Virus record (IMG/VR): IMGVR_UViG_3300033073_001153
Location: 1-64,000 of that record
Strand: one strand, 5' to 3'
From: a virus
Lineage: Duplodnaviria; Caudoviricetes
DNA length: 64,000 nucleotides
The notes under the pieces were generated by a model. That model made no database searches. It saw only the letters and a list, made by a program, of their open reading frames with translations, and was not told the origin of the DNA. Numbering within the stretch: the stretch's first letter is position 1; every line of letters starts with the position of its first letter. Shown here piece after piece: positions 59,424 to 64,000 of this stretch. The position numbers and the translations under genes were made by a program.

Positions 59424-60448
59424 AAAGGAATATCTCTAATAAAGACTGATTCACGAATTGGCTTCTTTCTTATTTTTTTGGCTTTTGGTGCTCCTAATGA
59501 TCTTGCAGGAGATGGAGTAGACATTTCTTGTTCTTTATCCTTAATATGAATTTTTCTTAATTCTGGTTCTGTTATATTTTCGGAACTACTGACTCCATAA
59601 GTTGGATCTGTTCCTTCATAATCATGTCTAGGTTCCAGATCAGTTTTTCCAAAAATAGTATGTTCTCCCTCACCGGGAGCATGAAGAAACACAGCATCTT
59701 CGTAAACATCAGATCCGAATTTTACTTGTTGTCTTGGTTTAGTATGATTATGAAAAAGAAATGGTTTTAATACTAATGCCATTGCTGGATTTGATTTTAA
59801 TGTTTTAATTCTTCCATTTATTTTATCAGAAAATTCTTCATAAGTATCTCTCAATTCTTCTACTTCTCTTTTTCCACCTTCGCTTTTTATTCTTAATACA
59901 GGTTTGGAATTTCTATATACTTGTTGGTATGTATTTTTATCGCTCATAGCTTCATACATAACTATGAGTGCATCTATATATGCTTGTCGAACATTTGAAA
60001 TTTTTTCTGACTTTGCATTCATAGTAAAATATTGAATACAATCTGGAAGTATCCAATAAGGAATTACCAAATCTCCATCTACTTCATTTTGAAAATATTT
60101 GTTATTCGAATATTCTCTCATTAAATTCATTAAATTTTTTTGAGAATTTCTAGGAACTTTAGATCCTTCTCCAGTTAATTGAAGATAATATCCTTCTTCC
60201 ATATCTTCTTGTTTGTATGATTCAAAATTTCTATCTCTAATTTTATCAGATTGTGATGGAGTTAATGCAGTGTTTCTTCCAATAGTTGCTCCATGTGCTT
60301 CTTGAGCATCTGGATTATCTGCTATTGTAGTTTTTTGTCTATAACTTTTACTTCCAATAACATCAGGACGTGGAGTTCCTTTAGGCATCTTTGCTTCATT
60401 TAATGAACGTATGTAGCTTTCAAAAATTTCTACGGAATCTGTAGTCAT
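59420..60448 (-). CDS. Hypothetical late protein with a capsid-targeting-like N-terminus
   Basis: MTTDSVEIFESYIRSLNE|A; minus-strand TAAATA at 60454-60459. Confidence 0.7.
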   Translation of the reverse strand: MTTDSVEIFESYIRSLNEAKMPKGTPRPDVIGSKSYRQKTTIADNPDAQEAHGATIGRNTALTPSQSDKIRDRNFESYKQEDMEEGYYLQLTGEGSKVPRNSQKNLMNLMREYSNNKYFQNEVDGDLVIPYWILPDCIQYFTMNAKSEKISNVRQAYIDALIVMYEAMSDKNTYQQVYRNSKPVLRIKSEGGKREVEELRDTYEEFSDKINGRIKTLKSNPAMALVLKPFLFHNHTKPRQQVKFGSDVYEDAVFLHAPGEGEHTIFGKTDLEPRHDYEGTDPTYGVSSSENITEPELRKIHIKDKEQEMSTPSPARSLGAPKAKKIRKKPIRESVFIRDIPF

Positions 60449-60511
60449 GATATTATTTACATTTTCGAATAAAATATCTGAAAAAATAGAGTAAATAATC
60501 TAAATAGTTTT

Positions 60512-61183
60512 ATGTCACTACGATTAATTGTAGAAAAACCAGCACCAGACGAACAGTTTGAATATATCTTTGAAGAAAAAGATAGAAAAAGTCCTTCAAC
60601 TTTATTCATCAAAGGACCATACATGATGGCGGAAAATTACAATCGTAATAACAGATTGTACAAACTAGAAGAAATGGTTAAAGAAGTTAATCGTTATAAA
60701 GAAGAAATGATTAAAACTAACCGTTCAATGGGTACGCTAAATCATGAAAGCAGTGCAGAAGTTAGTTTAGATAAAGCTTGTCATATCGTAACTGAACTTT
60801 ATCAAGACGGAAATATTTTCCACGGTAAAAGTAAAGTATTAACCACTCCATGTGGACACATCGTTCGTGCTCTAGTAAATGATGGTGTTCGTGTAGGGAT
60901 GAGTTCCAGAGCACTCGGACAATTAGAAGAAGCCGCTGGTGGTAAAAATATCGTAAAAGATTTACGTCTTATTTCTATTGATTGTGTAGCCGATCCTTCT
61001 TTTCCTAAAGCATTCGTAAACGGAATTCTAGAATCTAAAGCATGGGTTTTAGGAGAATCAGGTACATTCGAAGAAATATATGACGATTTCGAAAGGTCTA
61101 TTTCTAATCTACCTAAAAAGAAAGTAGAAGAATATTTGAAAGAATCTATTATTAATTTTTTAAATAAAATTAAATTAAGCTAA
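60512..61183 (+). CDS. gp21: Prohead protease (T4 gp21-like)
   Basis: IKGPYM.AE..NRNNRLY, GTLNH, GKSKVLTTPCG, GMSSRALG, DCVADPS...AFVNGILE. Confidence 0.95.
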   Translation: MSLRLIVEKPAPDEQFEYIFEEKDRKSPSTLFIKGPYMMAENYNRNNRLYKLEEMVKEVNRYKEEMIKTNRSMGTLNHESSAEVSLDKACHIVTELYQDGNIFHGKSKVLTTPCGHIVRALVNDGVRVGMSSRALGQLEEAAGGKNIVKDLRLISIDCVADPSFPKAFVNGILESKAWVLGESGTFEEIYDDFERSISNLPKKKVEEYLKESIINFLNKIKLS

Positions 61184-61191
61184 ATAAAAAT

Positions 61192-61833
61192 ATGAATATC
61201 GTAGAACAGAATATCACGAAATTTGTCGATTCATTGATTGTTGATGATTTTAGTACCGCACATACATTTCTCGAAAATGTAATTAATGAAAAAATTAAAA
61301 TTACAATAGCAGAAGAAGCAAAAAAGAATCCCTTCAAAAAGGATAAGAAAGACAAAACTTCTAATCTAAAACCTTTCAAAAAGAAAAAACGCAACGAGAA
61401 CGCTGAAAAAGCTGCGGCAAAAAATAGTGCGTTTGGTGGTGGTAAATTTCCACAAGCAAAATCTAAAAAGAAAAAATTAGTTGAAGAAGGATTAACTGAA
61501 TCTTCTTTAATTAATCTTCATGATTATATTGCAGATGGATCTGATGCCGCATCAGCTCTATTTGATTTAGAACATTATCACGGTGGACAAACTTCCCATA
61601 TGTATGGAGTAAGATCAAGCGGAAAAATCAGAATCGAAGATATCGGTGGTCTAAAATCCGAAATCGGAAAAGCAATTAAAATTGCAAACCAACAAGGAGA
61701 AATAGAACACGCTGAAAATTTTAAAGCTTTATATAGAGAATTAGGAAAACTTGAACAACGTTTTGAAGATCAAATTCAACACGATACAATGGAACATTTA
61801 GACGTACCTTCAAATATTCCTGAAGATTTTTAA
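61192..61833 (+). CDS. Prohead core protein (gp67-like N-terminus) with a C-terminal extension
   Basis: I.KFVDSL..DDF..A...LE..INEKIK; located between gp21 and gp22. Confidence 0.55.
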   Translation: MNIVEQNITKFVDSLIVDDFSTAHTFLENVINEKIKITIAEEAKKNPFKKDKKDKTSNLKPFKKKKRNENAEKAAAKNSAFGGGKFPQAKSKKKKLVEEGLTESSLINLHDYIADGSDAASALFDLEHYHGGQTSHMYGVRSSGKIRIEDIGGLKSEIGKAIKIANQQGEIEHAENFKALYRELGKLEQRFEDQIQHDTMEHLDVPSNIPEDF

Positions 61834-61874
61834 TTTTTCTCAATAAAAAAATATAAAAAAGACTAACTAATATT

Positions 61875-62762
61875 ATGGCAACTGAAATTACAAAACTTTT
61901 AAAAGAAGCTACCCAAGGAATTTTAACTGATGAAACTCTTGGACAAATTCAAGAAGCATTCGATAGTGCAGTTAATGAAAGAGTTAAGATTCATGTGGAA
62001 AAAGCTCTAACTGAACAAGATGCTGAATATACTGAAAAAGCACAACAACTACTCGAAGCTATCGATACTGATCATAGTAAAAAATTACAAAAAGTTGTCG
62101 AAGCACTAGATGCTAATAATTATCAAAAGCTTCAAGCAGTTGTTAATAAGTATCAAACTATTATCAGTGAACAAGCAACTCAATTTAAATCACAATTAAT
62201 TGGAAAAATTTCTGATTACATCGACGTATTCATCGAAAGCAAAATTCCAAAGAAAGCAATTGCAGAAGCTGTTCAAAATAAGAAAGCTCGTATCATTCTA
62301 AACAATCTTCGTGAAAATCTCGCAATTGATTCAGCTCTAATGAACGAATCTCTAAAAGAAGCTCTTCTAGACGGAAAAACACAAATCACCGAAACTCGTA
62401 AAGCCGTAGAAGCCGCTAAACTAGAAGCTTCTAACCTCCGCGAAACTCTAGATAAAGCAAAAGCTGCTCTCATTCTCGAACAAAAAACTTCAAAGCTAAG
62501 TCAGAAAAAGAAAGAATACGCACAACGTGTTTTCGAAGGTAAATCTCCAAAGTTTATCATGGAAAATATCGACTATACTCTTTCTCTTTTCGATAAGAAA
62601 GAAGAAGAACGTCTTCAAACTCTAAAAGAAGAAGCCTTCACACATCGTCAAATTAAGCAAGATCGCGTTGTCGTTGAAGAAGATACAAACGAAGAAGTTC
62701 AAACAATCGAAGAAAATTTTTCAACCGTTTCAAATTATTTGAACGAATTGAGTAAATATTAA
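61875..62762 (+). CDS. gp22: Prohead scaffolding protein (T4 gp22-like)
   Basis: Coiled coil, IQEAFDSAVNE, ISDYID; directly upstream of the capsid gene. Confidence 0.85.
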   Translation: MATEITKLLKEATQGILTDETLGQIQEAFDSAVNERVKIHVEKALTEQDAEYTEKAQQLLEAIDTDHSKKLQKVVEALDANNYQKLQAVVNKYQTIISEQATQFKSQLIGKISDYIDVFIESKIPKKAIAEAVQNKKARIILNNLRENLAIDSALMNESLKEALLDGKTQITETRKAVEAAKLEASNLRETLDKAKAALILEQKTSKLSQKKKEYAQRVFEGKSPKFIMENIDYTLSLFDKKEEERLQTLKEEAFTHRQIKQDRVVVEEDTNEEVQTIEENFSTVSNYLNELSKY

Positions 62763-62793
62763 TATATTTGCTCTTATAAAAATTTGGTAGAAG

Positions 62794-62866
62794 TAAATAT
62801 TACTTGAGATCCTGATATTAATATATCTTGAGGTCGAAAATCAAAAAAGAAAGAAAACAAACACAT
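62794..62866 (+). promoter_or_regulatory. Late promoter and roughly 60-nt leader of the major capsid gene
   Basis: TAAATA at 62794-62799; hairpin core gatat-taat-atatc; then A-rich aaaatcaaaaaagaaagaaaacaaacacat with no SD motif. Confidence 0.6.
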
Positions 62867-64000
62867 ATGAAACAAATCAAACCCGCACAATCATACATCG
62901 ATCAAGATCGCGCTAAGGTTCTTTTGGAAAAGTGGGCACCAGTGCTCGACTACACCAGCAAGAGCGTAGCCGCAATTGAAGATGATCACACTCGTCTAAA
63001 CACTGCAATGCTTCTCGAAAACCAAGAAGCTTATTGCTTACGTGAAGCAAACGTAGCTGGTGGAACAGGAACTATGTTCGGTTCTATCGATAACGGTCGC
63101 ACTGGTGGAGCATTCCCCGGTGGTGCCGATACTTATGCTCCCGGCGATAATCGTCTTCCAAAGATTCTTATTCCGATGATTCGTCGTACCTTCCCAGAAC
63201 TTATCTCCAACGAAATCGTTGGTGTTCAGCCAATGTCTGGTCCAGTCGGACTAGCATTCGCTCTCCGTTATAAGTACTCCAAGGATACACTCGGTGGCAA
63301 TTATCAAGACGCATCACAAAATGGTGCCGATTGGCAAGCAGCACCCGGAAATCCTTCAAGTGGATCTGGTCAACCATATCGCAATACCACAACTGTAAAC
63401 TACAAAGCTTCAGGTTTTAATTGCGATCCCGGTATTCCCGGTGGAGCAGGTGGTAAATCACCACAAGGAGATAACGAACTAGGATGGCAATATCTCGATT
63501 CACGTTTCACTGGTGCTTCTGCTGCTGCGCTATCAGGTCTCGGTACTCATGCTGAATCTGGCGTAACATGGAACTTCGCTGCTGCTGATGGTGGTGTTGC
63601 TGAAATTCTCAAGAATTTCGAAATCAACGCAAACATCCCAACTGTTGAAGTATCCTTCGAGAAGACTGCCGTTGAAGCTGGTACTCGTAGATTAGGTGCA
63701 AAATGGTCTGTCGAGCTAGAACAAGACTTAAAGAACATGAACGGAATCGATATCGATGCTGAAATCACTAATGCAATGGCATATGAGATTCAAGCAGAAA
63801 TCGACCGTGAAATGATTATCCGTATGATCCAAACCTCCTTAAATGGTGGTTTCCGTAAAGGATTCTCTGTATGGTCCCCATCTACTGCCGATGGTCGTTG
63901 GCTTGTTGAACGTAACCGTGACTTCTACCAGAGAGTAATTATCGAAGCAAACCGTATCGCTATCCGCAATCGTCGTGGAGCAGCAAACTTCATCGTAGCA
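62867..64000 (+). CDS. gp23: Major capsid protein (T4 gp23-like), 5' part; runs off the window edge
   Basis: Not in the ORF track; translated by hand: MKQIKP...LLEKWAPVLD...AMLLENQ...LIPMIRRTFPELISNEIVGVQPMSGPVGLAFALRYKY...EKTAVEAGTRRLGAKWSVELEQDLKNMNGIDIDAEI...EIDREMI. Confidence 0.97.
   Translation, partial: MKQIKPAQSYIDQDRAKVLLEKWAPVLDYTSKSVAAIEDDHTRLNTAMLLENQEAYCLREANVAGGTGTMFGSIDNGRTGGAFPGGADTYAPGDNRLPKILIPMIRRTFPELISNEIVGVQPMSGPVGLAFALRYKYSKDTLGGNYQDASQNGADWQAAPGNPSSGSGQPYRNTTTVNYKASGFNCDPGIPGGAGGKSPQGDNELGWQYLDSRFTGASAAALSGLGTHAESGVTWNFAAADGGVAEILKNFEINANIPTVEVSFEKTAVEAGTRRLGAKWSVELEQDLKNMNGIDIDAEITNAMAYEIQAEIDREMIIRMIQTSLNGGFRKGFSVWSPSTADGRWLVERNRDFYQRVIIEANRIAIRNRRGAANFIVA

Noticed and set aside
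1-64000. Stop-codon reassignment, as seen in some large phages
   Set aside because: Conserved genes are full length under the standard code, and TAA, TAG and TGA all end genes at expected positions.
1-64000. tRNA, rRNA or group I intron
   Set aside because: Intergenic gaps are very short with no cloverleaf seen by eye, and both gene interruptions are in-frame inteins; a tRNAscan/Infernal run would be needed to be certain.

Overview
This 64 kb window is part of an AT-rich, T4-like (large myovirus) phage genome, read in the standard genetic code. It runs from the 5' part of the terminase large subunit (gp17, carrying a mini-intein) to the 5' part of the major capsid protein (gp23). Between them lie neck and fibre genes, a minus-strand replication/recombination block (gp61, gp45, gp32, uvsX, gp43, gp46/47, gp55, uvsW, uvsY), a roughly 10 kb sugar-nucleotide/glycosyltransferase island, gp62, a GroES-like gene, a DinG helicase, gp15, a portal (gp20) with an HNH-bearing intein, gp13, gp4, gp21 and gp22. 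Main observations: (1) About 35 genes have their own promoter placed so that +1 should fall on or next to the start codon. These are TAAATA-N5-7-ATG for late genes and TTGAnn-16/17-TAnnnT-N6-8-ATG for sigma70 genes, with no Shine-Dalgarno motif. This points to near genome-wide leaderless expression; genes 32 and 23 are structured-leader exceptions. (2) A family of late proteins has T4 capsid-targeting-like N-termini ending in a gp21-type xxE site. It includes an ADP-ribosyltransferase-like protein, a PcfJ-LRR protein and a retropepsin-like protease, and may form an injected effector set. (3) A probable GDP-colitose pathway (Gmd, His-type ColD, SDR) sits with fucosyltransferase-type enzymes. 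(4) Both packaging-motor proteins carry inteins. (5) One protein has u-spanin-like lipoprotein topology. All assignments come from motifs read by eye; no searches were run.
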